DNA of 64,000 nucleotides from Micavibrio sp. (lineage in GTDB: Bacteria > Pseudomonadota > Alphaproteobacteria > Micavibrionales > UBA9664). A program made the translations under genes and the position numbers. Position 1 is the first letter of the stretch, and every line of letters begins with the position of its first letter. This document shows positions 50,631 to 60,825 of this stretch, piece after piece. The stretch lies in contig PAAR01000028.1 in NCBI GenBank assembly GCA_002699085.1, positions 80,588 through 144,587 on the forward strand, given 5' to 3'. The notes below the pieces were generated by a model. It did not search any database. It had not been told where the DNA came from and saw only the letters and a program-made list of their open reading frames with translations.

Positions 50631-53540
50631 ATGCCATTCGGAAAAATACAGCACAGAATATTATATAGCGTATTATTTTACGTGTTCTTTGTGTTGGTGA
50701 ATGTATCTGCGCAAGCTGCGGATATTCGTTTCCGTGCTAATGATAGTTATGACCGTTTGGTGTTTGATTGGAAACAACCTGTCACCTTTAAAGCAGTATC
50801 GGAAAGTAACGGCGCCCTTGTTCTTCAGTTTAATACAAGCATATCGCCCGATAGTAATGATCTTAACGCAGGTAATTTTAGATATTTCAATTCATTAGAT
50901 GTCACAAAAGATGGCACGTCTGTAAAAGCGAGTTTTAAAGGAGCTGCTACAACACGTTATCGTTATTTTAAGATCGGTACAAAAATCATTGTTGATGTGT
51001 CTGGTACTGTTTTGAAAAATTCAGCTGCTAATAAGGTGACAGCGACACAGACAAAAGAAGTGCCAACGCCTATGGTTGCGCCAAAAACCGTAGAAAAAGT
51101 TGAGGCAAGCCCGACTATTGCTGTTGAGCGAGAAACTTTGACATCCACTCAAAATGTTTCAACCAGTGATTTAGTAAAAGATGGCACAATTACGGTATCG
51201 TCAACACAAGCTTTCGGAATGAGTGCTTATATACAACATGGTATTTTATGGCTTGTCTCGGATCAGCCTGATATGGTGCTTTCTCCCCAAATACAAGGTC
51301 CTGCTGCAGAGTGGTTGGGGCAAGCTGAGAAAGTGGAATTGAAAGACGCCACGATTTTTATGTATGAATGGCCGTTTCCAGAAAATGATGCTTATATTCG
51401 TGCTGAAGGTGGCGGGTTATTATGGCGCTTTTCTATTGATGGAAAAACACGGTTACCGCAGCAAGGCTCGATCCGTTCTTATATAGCCGAAGGTGAGCAC
51501 GGTGATTCTAAAAAGAATGTTTCTGTTGAATTAGCAGGCTTGAAAAAACTGATTAAGTTTAGCTCACCTTTAACAGGTGAGGTGGTTCATGTGGTAACTG
51601 TGAATCGTTCGAATACGATGTTATCTATAAACAGAGATTTCGTTGATTTTTCTATTATTCCAGCATTAGCAGGCGGTGCTATTCAGCAAAAAAATAATAA
51701 TTTAGATGTAAGAAAAGATCCCGAACGTGAGAATGTCTTTATTATCTCTACTCCGAAGGGCTTAGCATTTAGTGAAGAAAGTTTTAACACCTATAATTCA
51801 ATTTTATCGGATTTAGCTATTCCTGAAACTGAAGTTGCAGGAAAGATCTATGATTTTACACGATGGGCACGAGGTGGCCTAGGTAAAATGGATGAAAATA
51901 GAGAGGCTTTTGAGCGCCAGCTTTCAGCACTTGAGCCTGAAGATCCGGAATATGTATCGCTTATTCTTCTTTTGGCGAAATTGCATCTCGGTAATGTATT
52001 GCCGCATGAGGCTCTGGGGTATTTTTCTCTGGCAGAAGATATGTTGGAGAATATGCGGGATAATCCAGAATATCAGGCATTACTGGCTGCTGCGAATACG
52101 TTATCAGGGCGGAATTTGGAGGCACAAAGTAGTTTTAATGCGCCTGCGTTAAAAGATCTCGAAGAAATTCAATATTGGAAAGCCTATAATTTTGGTCGCT
52201 TGGAAAAATGGGATGAAGCCTATAAGGCTATGCCCAAAGAGATTAAATATATTAACAATTATCCAGCCCGATTGCGGCAGGAAGTGGCATTAATGCTGGC
52301 TGAAGTGGCGTTGCGAGCGCAGGATGGTACACATGCGGGTCTTTATCTTGATCTTGTGCAACAAGATGGTGATGGGCTTTTAGACCCGTATCTATCTTCT
52401 TATCGTTATTTATTAGGTGAGCTTCGCCGTCAAGAAGGTGACTCAAAAGGTGCCGCAGAGATTTGGGAGAGGCTCTTTGATGAGGGCGATAAATTATATA
52501 GGGCAAAAGCAGGTCTTGCATGGGCGAAATTAGCGTTGAGCGAGCAATCTATAACACCTGAGAAAGGTGTCGAGATATTAGAGCAATTACGTTTTACATG
52601 GCGTGGCGACGGTCTTGAAACCCAAATTAATCATCAGCTTGGTTTGACCTATATAGAAATGGGCGATTATAAGAAAGGCCTTAGTATCTTGCGTGATATG
52701 GCGTCTAATACAGAAGATGATACGGCTCGTTTTGAGATCGTACAAGATATGCAAAAATCCTTTGCATCACTCTTTTTGGGAGAGCCTAGTAAAGATTTAA
52801 CAGCGATACAGGCGGTAACCCTTTATGATGCTTTTTCTGAATTACTGCCACCAGGACAAGAGGGCACAAACATCATTTTTGCTTTGCTAGATAAATTGGT
52901 GGCCGTTGACTTAATGGATCGTGCGGAAGTATTGCTTAAACAACTGATTGGTAATCGTCTTACAGGCATAGAAAAAGACCGTGCAACAATTCGGCTGGCA
53001 CGTTTGCAATTGTTGAACGATCATCCAAAGGAAGCTCTGGCAACATTAGCAGATGTTAATTTAGTGCCATCAAATGAAACGAAAAGAATGATCCGCGAAA
53101 AGACTTTAATTGAAGCGAAAGCGTTGGCAGAAAACGGCCAAACACGAGCCGCACTTGATAAGGTAAAAGAGTTGGGCAATACACAAGAAGCTGACCAACT
53201 GACGGCGGATATTTCATGGTCAAAGCAATCATGGAATGAAGCGGCCGCAGCATTAAAGGCATTGGTTCTTAAAAAGGGTTTGGCGCAAAAAGAGAGCCTG
53301 AGTAATGAAGAAGCGAAGCTGGTTTTAAATACTGCTGTGGCGATTAATCTGTCGAATGATTTGCAAGGTCTGCAATTTTTCCAAGCACGCTTCGAAGATA
53401 AAATGGATGCAACAGCCTTCGGTCGTCTGTTTAAGATCGTCACACGCCCGCCTGGGAATGCGTTTTTATCTAGCCGTGAAACAATCCTTGATATTGTTCA
53501 AGAAGTGGATCTATTCGAAGGTATATTAGATCAGTTCTAA
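50631..53540 (+). CDS. large secreted protein: N-terminal beta module (AMIN-like, tentative) plus extended TPR-like repeats
   Basis: 969 aa with signal peptide ...VNVSAQA/ADIRF and a Pro/Thr/Val-rich linker. The C-terminal ~500 aa consists of helical repeat units (e.g. INHQLGLTYIEMGDYKKGLSILRDMA). Confidence 0.6.
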   Translation: MPFGKIQHRILYSVLFYVFFVLVNVSAQAADIRFRANDSYDRLVFDWKQPVTFKAVSESNGALVLQFNTSISPDSNDLNAGNFRYFNSLDVTKDGTSVKASFKGAATTRYRYFKIGTKIIVDVSGTVLKNSAANKVTATQTKEVPTPMVAPKTVEKVEASPTIAVERETLTSTQNVSTSDLVKDGTITVSSTQAFGMSAYIQHGILWLVSDQPDMVLSPQIQGPAAEWLGQAEKVELKDATIFMYEWPFPENDAYIRAEGGGLLWRFSIDGKTRLPQQGSIRSYIAEGEHGDSKKNVSVELAGLKKLIKFSSPLTGEVVHVVTVNRSNTMLSINRDFVDFSIIPALAGGAIQQKNNNLDVRKDPERENVFIISTPKGLAFSEESFNTYNSILSDLAIPETEVAGKIYDFTRWARGGLGKMDENREAFERQLSALEPEDPEYVSLILLLAKLHLGNVLPHEALGYFSLAEDMLENMRDNPEYQALLAAANTLSGRNLEAQSSFNAPALKDLEEIQYWKAYNFGRLEKWDEAYKAMPKEIKYINNYPARLRQEVALMLAEVALRAQDGTHAGLYLDLVQQDGDGLLDPYLSSYRYLLGELRRQEGDSKGAAEIWERLFDEGDKLYRAKAGLAWAKLALSEQSITPEKGVEILEQLRFTWRGDGLETQINHQLGLTYIEMGDYKKGLSILRDMASNTEDDTARFEIVQDMQKSFASLFLGEPSKDLTAIQAVTLYDAFSELLPPGQEGTNIIFALLDKLVAVDLMDRAEVLLKQLIGNRLTGIEKDRATIRLARLQLLNDHPKEALATLADVNLVPSNETKRMIREKTLIEAKALAENGQTRAALDKVKELGNTQEADQLTADISWSKQSWNEAAAALKALVLKKGLAQKESLSNEEAKLVLNTAVAINLSNDLQGLQFFQARFEDKMDATAFGRLFKIVTRPPGNAFLSSRETILDIVQEVDLFEGILDQF

Positions 53541-54518
53541 CTAAGCGGCTTTTGAACTTTCAGAAACACCATGTTCAGCTAGAAAACGGTCGGCTTCAAG
53601 TGCCGCCATGCAACCCATGCCGGCTGCCGTTACGGCTTGGCGATAGACTTTGTCTGTGACGTCTCCTGCTGCGTATACGCCTGCAATTTTGGTGGCAGTA
53701 GAATCAGGGGCTTTAATGATGTAGCCCTCTTTATCCATATCTAGTTTGCCTTTGAAAAGCTCTGTTGCTGGATCATGGCCAATAGCGATAAAGACGCCAT
53801 CTACATCAAGTGTAGATTTTTCATTTGTCTTAACATTGTTTAACTTCAAGCCAGTTAGCGACTTAACGCCATGTTCATTAGTAGTACCAACCATTTCTTC
53901 GACAACGCTATCCCAAATCACTTCAACTTTTTCATGCGCAAAGAGACGATCTTGGGCGATTTTTTCGGCACGTAGTTCATCACGACGATGAATAAGTGTT
54001 ACTTTGCTTGCAAAGTTCGTTAAGAACAATGCTTCTTCAACAGCAGAATTACCGCCGCCAATAACGGCAACATGTTGGTTTTTGTAGAAGAATCCATCAC
54101 ATGTTGCACAAGCTGATGCGCCAAAACCTCTGTATTCATCTTCGCCCGTAACGCCTAACCAACGTGCTTTTGCACCTGTTGAGATAATGACTGTTTCCCC
54201 GATATATGTGTTGCCGCTTTCGCCTTTGGCAATAAAAGGACGTTTTGAAAGATCAATATCGACAATCATATCGTGGACTGTTTTGGTGCCGACATGTTCT
54301 GCCTGCGCTTTCATTTGTTCCATCAGCCAAGGCCCCTGAATTGGATCAGCAAAACCTGGGTAATTTTCAACATCGGTTGTAATTGTTAGCTGGCCACCTG
54401 GTTCACGACCTAGCACTTGTAACGGTTCTAAATTGGCACGTGCCGCATAAATAGCAGCTGTATAGCCTGCTGGACCTGATCCAATGATTAATACTTTTGT
54501 TTTAAATGTTTCGCTCAT
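53541..54518 (-). CDS. trxB: thioredoxin-disulfide reductase
   Basis: 325 aa. GSGPAGYTAA FAD motif, redox-active CATCDG and GGGNSA NADPH motif. Confidence 0.95.
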   Translation of the reverse strand: MSETFKTKVLIIGSGPAGYTAAIYAARANLEPLQVLGREPGGQLTITTDVENYPGFADPIQGPWLMEQMKAQAEHVGTKTVHDMIVDIDLSKRPFIAKGESGNTYIGETVIISTGAKARWLGVTGEDEYRGFGASACATCDGFFYKNQHVAVIGGGNSAVEEALFLTNFASKVTLIHRRDELRAEKIAQDRLFAHEKVEVIWDSVVEEMVGTTNEHGVKSLTGLKLNNVKTNEKSTLDVDGVFIAIGHDPATELFKGKLDMDKEGYIIKAPDSTATKIAGVYAAGDVTDKVYRQAVTAAGMGCMAALEADRFLAEHGVSESSKAA

Positions 54519-54523
54519 ACTTA

Positions 54524-55465
54524 CTAATCCGTCTTATTCTTTAATTTGGTTACATGGTTTTGATAGCGTGCTTTAAGCCATTGAGCAAGCTTTGCGGTCT
54601 CATTTAATGGCTTTGTTCCCCAGTTTTCTAGTTCACCACTAAACCATTTTACATGCCCTGCTTTTATAAACGCATTGTAAAACCGTTCAAATTTAGGTGA
54701 GGTACCATTCATTTTCAATAGATAGACAGGCTTACCTGTGGCCACGGCTTCGGAGATCATCGATACAGAATCACTTGTTACAAGAATATAATCAGCATAA
54801 GCGAGATAGGCTTTAAAAGGGTTTTTTCCTCTGCCATTCCAGAATGTACCTTTGAGTGTTTTTAAAGCATTGATGTATTTTTGTGGCGTACGGCGAGAGG
54901 CCGTTATCATCAAACTACCTTTAATGCTTTTTATTTGCTCAATAATGCTGTTGTTCATTTTATGGGTTTTGCTATTGCCACCTATAAGAACGGCGATACG
55001 TGGCTTTTCATTTTTAGCGAATTTTGGAAAGGCTTTTTTGGCGTGCGCTAAGGTTGTTTTATTAATGTCATTGAGCGCACCAAATGTTTGAAAAACATTA
55101 TCACCTGTCAGATTGTCATGCTGTGGCGCTGAAAGTGAATCGAATTTATTATGGTTCCATTTAGGATCTTGAACAAAATGTATATAGGTTTTGTTTCTGC
55201 TTTGTTTTTTGATCCATAAAGCAGGGGCAATTGATTGACGCCCAGCGGCAATAAGCATATCTGGCCAAGGTGCTTTTAATTTTGGTTTTACAGCATATTG
55301 AATGCCAAAACTAAAGTAAGGGCTCAGCCAGGACCATGGCCAGCGAAGCGTGATGTTTTTTTCTTTCACCGTGCCTTTTAGTTGATGTGCTAAAGCAAGA
55401 CATTGTTTTCTTGTGCCTGTGAGGTCTTTTTCTACCATCGTCCAGATTTTTATATTTTTTCTCAT
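54524..55465 (-). CDS. ELM1/DUF1022-family (mitochondrial-fission-ELM1-like, GT-B-like) protein
   Basis: 313 aa. The N-terminal IWTMVEKDLTGTRKQCLALAHQL pattern and overall length match the bacterial ELM1 family, from memory. Confidence 0.6.
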   Translation of the reverse strand: MRKNIKIWTMVEKDLTGTRKQCLALAHQLKGTVKEKNITLRWPWSWLSPYFSFGIQYAVKPKLKAPWPDMLIAAGRQSIAPALWIKKQSRNKTYIHFVQDPKWNHNKFDSLSAPQHDNLTGDNVFQTFGALNDINKTTLAHAKKAFPKFAKNEKPRIAVLIGGNSKTHKMNNSIIEQIKSIKGSLMITASRRTPQKYINALKTLKGTFWNGRGKNPFKAYLAYADYILVTSDSVSMISEAVATGKPVYLLKMNGTSPKFERFYNAFIKAGHVKWFSGELENWGTKPLNETAKLAQWLKARYQNHVTKLKNKTD

Positions 55466-55569
55466 AAATAAAACTTGCTTTCATTTCCGCGAAACTTTAT
55501 ATCAAGTACGCAACACAAATCATAGTAATTTTACGTTGAAAAGTAATAAGAAAATAATAAGGTAGAAAA

Positions 55570-56043
55570 ATGAACAGACATAAACTTGATAAAATTGATC
55601 GTTCAATATTAAGAGATTTGCAAGCTAATGGTCGTATGACCAATGTGGAGTTAGCGGCTAATGCTGGTATATCTGCGCCACCTTGCTTGCGCCGTGTTCG
55701 TGCATTGGAAGATTATGGTTATATCCAAAGTTATCATGCGGATTTAAGTGCTTCAATGTTAGGCTATGGTGTGGCGGTTTTTGCCAATGTAGCTTTAGAA
55801 GACACTTCAGAAAAAGACCTTCAGGCCTTTATCAAAGCCGTTGAGAAAATGGATCTCGTTCGTGATTGTTACATGATTGCGGGTGATATGGATTTCACAC
55901 TCCGTATTGTGGCCAAAGATTGGGATGCTTATCAGCGTTTTATTACAGAAGAACTGACAGCGCTAAAAAATGTTCGCTCTGTTAAGTCATCACTTATTAT
56001 GAAACGTAATTTCAAGAAGCCTGGCGTACCGATCGAAGAATAG
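55570..56043 (+). CDS. lrp: Lrp/AsnC-family transcriptional regulator
   Basis: 157 aa. LDKIDRSILRDLQANGRMTNVELA HTH and a C-terminal RAM domain. Confidence 0.85.
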   Translation: MNRHKLDKIDRSILRDLQANGRMTNVELAANAGISAPPCLRRVRALEDYGYIQSYHADLSASMLGYGVAVFANVALEDTSEKDLQAFIKAVEKMDLVRDCYMIAGDMDFTLRIVAKDWDAYQRFITEELTALKNVRSVKSSLIMKRNFKKPGVPIEE

Positions 56044-56046
56044 AAA

Positions 56047-56520
56047 TTACTTATACAGAATTTCTAAAATTTCGTATTCTCTTGTGCCTTTTGGTGTGCG
56101 GACTTCGACTGAGTCCTCAACTTTTTTGCCGATTAAAGCGCGGGCAACAGGTGACGAGATAGCCAGTTTTCCTGTTTCAATGTCTGATTCTTCATCACCG
56201 ACGATTTGGTAGATATGTTCATCATCTGTGTCACAATCAACGACTTTAACAGTTGCTGCAAATTTTACCGTGTCACCAGAAATTTTGGCCGGGTCAATAA
56301 TCTCAGCGAGCGATAAAATAGCTTCGACTTGCTCGATACGACCTTCGATAAAGCTTTGCTGCTCACGGGCGGCGTGATATTCAGCGTTTTCTGATAAATC
56401 GCCATGTTCTCTGGCTTCAGATATCGCAGCAATAACCGCTGGACGTTGGCGGTGTTTTAAATCTTTTAATTCTGCTTCAAGGTCTGTGTGGCCTTGTTTT
56501 GTTAAGGGTATTTTTTGCAT
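56047..56520 (-). CDS. greA: transcription elongation factor GreA
   Basis: The start is taken at MQKIPLT (56520, SD AAAGGTG), matching canonical GreA N-termini. The ORF-track TTG is at 56538. Confidence 0.9.
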   Translation of the reverse strand: MQKIPLTKQGHTDLEAELKDLKHRQRPAVIAAISEAREHGDLSENAEYHAAREQQSFIEGRIEQVEAILSLAEIIDPAKISGDTVKFAATVKVVDCDTDDEHIYQIVGDEESDIETGKLAISSPVARALIGKKVEDSVEVRTPKGTREYEILEILYK

Positions 56521-56534
56521 AGCCTTGCACCTTT

Positions 56535-56566
56535 TCAATAAAATAACCCGCCATCAAGGGCGGGCT
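56535..56566 (-). promoter_or_regulatory. terminator-like hairpin in the greA 5' leader
   Basis: The minus strand reads cccgcc-cttgat-ggcggg followed by ttattttatt, ending about 15-25 nt upstream of the greA ATG (56520). Confidence 0.45.
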
Positions 56567-56681
56567 GTTGATAGAATATAGCTAAACTTGCGGGTAAGGT
56601 CAAGAAAGAGCTTGTCTGCACACCCTGATAAGTGCATAAACTAACTCTCGGTAAGTATAAAAAAAAGAAACCGAGATTCAC

Positions 56682-59600
56682 ATGCCTAAACGCACCGACA
56701 TTTCCTCCATTTGTATTATTGGCGCTGGTCCTATCGTGATAGGTCAAGCCTGTGAATTTGACTATTCAGGTGCACAAGCCTGTAAAGCGCTGAAAGAAGA
56801 GGGGTACCGCGTTGTCCTGATTAATTCTAATCCAGCCACAATTATGACTGATCCGAATATGGCTGATGCGACTTATATTGAGCCAATCACCCCAGAAATT
56901 GTCGCAAAGATTTTAGAAAAAGAACGCCCCGATGCGTTGCTTCCAACCATGGGTGGTCAGACGGCACTGAATGCTGCACTGGCTCTTGATAAAATGGGTG
57001 TATTAAAAAGACTCAATATTGAACTGATCGGTGCCAATAAAGAAGCCATTGAAAAGGCTGAAGACCGCCAATTATTTAAAGATTGTATGGAGAAGATTGG
57101 TCTTGAAAGTCCTAAAAGTGCGGTGGTGCATTCTATGGAAGAGGCTAGAGAGGCTCTGAAACATACAGGCTTACCAGCGATTATTCGTCCATCCTTTACC
57201 ATGGGTGGTTCTGGTGGCGGGGTTGCTTATAACAAAGATGAGTTTGAACAAATCATTCGTGAAGGCTTGGATGCGTCACCAACCAATGAAGTGTTGATTG
57301 ATGAGAGTTTATTGGGTTGGAAAGAATACGAGATGGAGGTTGTTCGTGATACAAAGGACAACGCTATCATTATTTGTTCGATTGAAAACATTGACCCTAT
57401 GGGCGTGCATACAGGTGATTCTATTACCGTTGCTCCAGCCTTAACACTGACAGATAAAGAGTATCAAATCATGCGCAATGCCTCATTGGCCGTACTTCGT
57501 GTGATTGGTGTTGAAACAGGTGGATCGAATGTCCAATTTGGAATGGATCCAGAGACAGGCCGTATGGTGGTGATTGAGATGAACCCTCGTGTGTCTCGTT
57601 CTTCTGCTTTAGCCTCAAAAGCTACAGGTTTTCCGATTGCTAAAGTGGCAGCGAAATTGGCGGTAGGGTATACACTTGATGAATTAGGCAATGATATTAC
57701 AGGCGGCAAAACACCCGCAGCCTTTGAGCCATCCATTGATTATGTCGTGACAAAAGTGCCTCGTTTTGCTTTCGAGAAATTTAAAGGCTCTGATAACACC
57801 TTAACCACAGCAATGAAGTCAGTCGGTGAAGCCATGGCTATAGGGCGTAGCTTCGAAGAGTCTCTGCAAAAAGCTTTGCGCTCTTTAGAAAAGGGCTTAG
57901 AGGGGCTTAGCTCCATTCCGATTGCTGGTAAGTCTGAGCCTGATATGGACGATATTCGGGCAGCACTTTCACGTCCAACGCCAGCCCGCTTACTCTATGC
58001 AGCCGAAGCGATGCGACACGGTATGGATTTAGAAACTATCTATCAATTAACAAAATTTGATATGTGGTATTTAGAGCGTATAAAATCTCTTATTGATACT
58101 GAGGCCTCCATTAAGAAAAACGGCCTGCCGAAAGATCCTCAGGGATGGATGGCATTGAAGCGCGCAGGATTTTCGGATGCGCGTCTGGCTGAATTGGTAG
58201 GGGTTGCAGAAGCAACGATCCGTAAAACACGTTTGATGCACAAAGTAAAACCTGTTTATAAGCGGGTGGATAGCTGTGCGGCAGAAATACCGTCATTAAC
58301 ATCGTATATGTACGGCACCTATGAAACACTTAATTCTACTTCTGAAATTACAGCAACTAAAAAAGACAAAATCGTTATTCTAGGTGGCGGGCCAAACCGT
58401 ATCGGGCAAGGTATTGAATTTGATTATTGCTGTGTCCATGCCGCCTATGCACTAAAAGAGGCGGGTTATGAAACAATCATGGTTAATTGTAATCCTGAAA
58501 CCGTTTCAACGGATTATGATACCTCTGACAGATTATATTTCGAGCCGCTCACAGGCGAAGATGTATTGTCATTGATTGAAGCAGAAAATGAGCATGGGAA
58601 AGTTAAAGGTGTGATCGTGCAGCTTGGCGGCCAGACACCGCTTAAATTGGCTCATTATCTTGAAAATAACGGCGTGAAGATTTTAGGCACGGCTGTTGAT
58701 GCCATTGATTTGGCCGAAGATCGTGAACGTTTTAAAGCGTTGCTTAATAAGACTGGTTTAAAGCAGCCACCGAATGAGCTAGCACGTAATGAAAAAGAAG
58801 CGATTGAAGCGGCTGAGATTATTGGTTTCCCTCTGGTGATCCGTCCATCTTACGTATTGGGTGGGGCGGCTATGGAGATCGTTTATTCAATGGAGCATCT
58901 GCAACGCTACATGGCCACAGCTGTCAAAGTGTCTGGCGATAATCCTGTGCTCATCGATCATTACTTAATTGGTGCGATTGAGGTGGACGTTGATGCGCTG
59001 TGTGATGGCAAGGATGTTTATGTCGCAGGGATTATGGAGCATATTGAAGAGGCGGGGGTGCACTCTGGTGATTCTGCTTGTGTTCTCCCACCGCACTCAT
59101 TGCCATTTAGAACCGTACATGAATTAGAAAAACAGACAATGAAACTGGCCAAAGCGCTAAAGGTAGTGGGTCTGATGAATATTCAATTTGCACTTCGCCG
59201 TAATGTTGGTACAGGTGATTTTGATATTTATGTATTGGAAGTAAACCCTCGTGCTTCTCGGACGGTACCTTTTGTGGCTAAGGCTACAGGGACACCAATT
59301 GCCAAGATTGCCGCCCGTCTTATGGCAGGAGAGAAACTCGCTGATTTCCGTAATGAAGGTGTTTTGCTTGGTATGACGCCAGATCATACAGCGGTTAAAG
59401 CACCTGTATTTCCATTTAATCGTTTTCAAAATGTTGATGTATTGCTAGGACCAGAGATGAAATCCACGGGCGAAGTTATGGGTATTGATGCGAATACGGC
59501 ACAAGCCTTTGCGAAATCTCAGCTTGGGGCAGGGGTTAGGCTACCGCAATCTGGGCGTGTGTTTATCTCGGTAAGGGATGAAGACAAAGATGCGTTATTG

Positions 59601-59972
59601 CCAATCGCTAAAGACTTAGCGGCGATGAAATTTGATATCGTGGCGACAGGTGGTACATGTGAGTTCTTAGCACATCATGGCATCGCCGTAAAACGCATTA
59701 ATAAAGTGCTAGAAGGACAGCCGCATATTGTTGATGCGATTATTAATGGTGAGATTGATTTGCTTATCAATACGACAACAATAGGTTCACAGACAGTGAA
59801 AGACAGTTTTTCTATTCGTCGTGAGGCATTAATGGGTAAGCGTCCGCTCTATACGAATATTTCGGCAGCCAAAGCCGCTGTACAGGCTATCCGTGCGCTG
59901 CAATCAGGCGAGTTGGATGTGGCGTCTATTCAGTCTTACTTTCCTGAAAACTTAGCCGAAGCGGCGGAGTAA
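56682..59972 (+). CDS. carB: carbamoyl-phosphate synthase large subunit
   Basis: 1096 aa with duplicated ATP-grasp halves ([19 protein letters not shown] / [18 protein letters not shown]) and a C-terminal MGS-like domain. Confidence 0.97.
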   Translation: MPKRTDISSICIIGAGPIVIGQACEFDYSGAQACKALKEEGYRVVLINSNPATIMTDPNMADATYIEPITPEIVAKILEKERPDALLPTMGGQTALNAALALDKMGVLKRLNIELIGANKEAIEKAEDRQLFKDCMEKIGLESPKSAVVHSMEEAREALKHTGLPAIIRPSFTMGGSGGGVAYNKDEFEQIIREGLDASPTNEVLIDESLLGWKEYEMEVVRDTKDNAIIICSIENIDPMGVHTGDSITVAPALTLTDKEYQIMRNASLAVLRVIGVETGGSNVQFGMDPETGRMVVIEMNPRVSRSSALASKATGFPIAKVAAKLAVGYTLDELGNDITGGKTPAAFEPSIDYVVTKVPRFAFEKFKGSDNTLTTAMKSVGEAMAIGRSFEESLQKALRSLEKGLEGLSSIPIAGKSEPDMDDIRAALSRPTPARLLYAAEAMRHGMDLETIYQLTKFDMWYLERIKSLIDTEASIKKNGLPKDPQGWMALKRAGFSDARLAELVGVAEATIRKTRLMHKVKPVYKRVDSCAAEIPSLTSYMYGTYETLNSTSEITATKKDKIVILGGGPNRIGQGIEFDYCCVHAAYALKEAGYETIMVNCNPETVSTDYDTSDRLYFEPLTGEDVLSLIEAENEHGKVKGVIVQLGGQTPLKLAHYLENNGVKILGTAVDAIDLAEDRERFKALLNKTGLKQPPNELARNEKEAIEAAEIIGFPLVIRPSYVLGGAAMEIVYSMEHLQRYMATAVKVSGDNPVLIDHYLIGAIEVDVDALCDGKDVYVAGIMEHIEEAGVHSGDSACVLPPHSLPFRTVHELEKQTMKLAKALKVVGLMNIQFALRRNVGTGDFDIYVLEVNPRASRTVPFVAKATGTPIAKIAARLMAGEKLADFRNEGVLLGMTPDHTAVKAPVFPFNRFQNVDVLLGPEMKSTGEVMGIDANTAQAFAKSQLGAGVRLPQSGRVFISVRDEDKDALLPIAKDLAAMKFDIVATGGTCEFLAHHGIAVKRINKVLEGQPHIVDAIINGEIDLLINTTTIGSQTVKDSFSIRREALMGKRPLYTNISAAKAAVQAIRALQSGELDVASIQSYFPENLAEAAE

Positions 59973-59975
59973 ATA

Positions 59976-60506
59976 TTACTCGTTTAAATCGCTGTAATCA
60001 GTTTGTGGTGGTGTGGTGTCATTATCATAGCCACGCTGGATTTTCTTTTCACGATCTGTATAGATCGCATCCATGAATGTACGCTTTGATTCACGTTCTA
60101 CATCAGCAGGCACATAACGAACACGTTGCCAGCCTTTATAGTTCATACAGCCTTCCATGTCTTGATAATCAAAATAAGCGGCATATGTTGATGAGTCATA
60201 TTGTGGTGTGTCGTATCCAGCTGTTTGACCACTTAACGAAGCACTGTCTGATCGAGGTGTTGTTGTATTTGGTGGCGTGGCATTTCTTAGAGAACCGAGA
60301 CGCTCTATTTCGCGGACTTCAACGACACAGTTAGCGATATCATGGTTCAATGTATGTTGTGCTTTTGGACCCCTTAAATAAATAGATGATGAGGCGTCAG
60401 TGCGCTGCCAAAATTCACCTTTATAATCAAGACGAGCGGCAGGAGCGCAAGCAGTAACAGAAAGGCCTAAAGCTAAAACAGTAGTTAATGTAAAAATTCT
60501 TTTCAT
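59976..60506 (-). CDS. lipoprotein, function unknown
   Basis: 176 aa. Lipobox LSVTAC after a typical signal peptide. No family recognised. Confidence 0.5.
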   Translation of the reverse strand: MKRIFTLTTVLALGLSVTACAPAARLDYKGEFWQRTDASSSIYLRGPKAQHTLNHDIANCVVEVREIERLGSLRNATPPNTTTPRSDSASLSGQTAGYDTPQYDSSTYAAYFDYQDMEGCMNYKGWQRVRYVPADVERESKRTFMDAIYTDREKKIQRGYDNDTTPPQTDYSDLNE

Positions 60507-60549
60507 GTATATTGTTTTAGCGTGTTTAATATTTTACGCAAAGGAAAAA

Positions 60550-60825
60550 ATGATGAATAAAATTGATATGAACGATTTCAAAGCGCCTGAAGGATGGGAC
60601 GTTGCGACTGATAAAAAATCTATTTCTAAGCAGTTTAAGTTTAAAGATTTTAATGAGGCATGGTCATTTATGAATCGTGTCGCTTTGAAAGCGGAGTCAA
60701 TGAATCATCACCCAGAATGGTTTAATGTTTATAACAAGGTGGATATTACCCTAACGACGCACGATGTAGAGGGACTAAGTGATCTTGATGTGAAGCTGGC
60801 TGAAGCGATTGAGGCTTTTGTTTAG
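60550..60825 (+). CDS. phhB: pterin-4-alpha-carbinolamine dehydratase
   Basis: [14 protein letters not shown] signature. The start is taken at MMNK (60550, SD AAGGA); the ORF-track start is 60505. Confidence 0.85.
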   Translation: MMNKIDMNDFKAPEGWDVATDKKSISKQFKFKDFNEAWSFMNRVALKAESMNHHPEWFNVYNKVDITLTTHDVEGLSDLDVKLAEAIEAFV

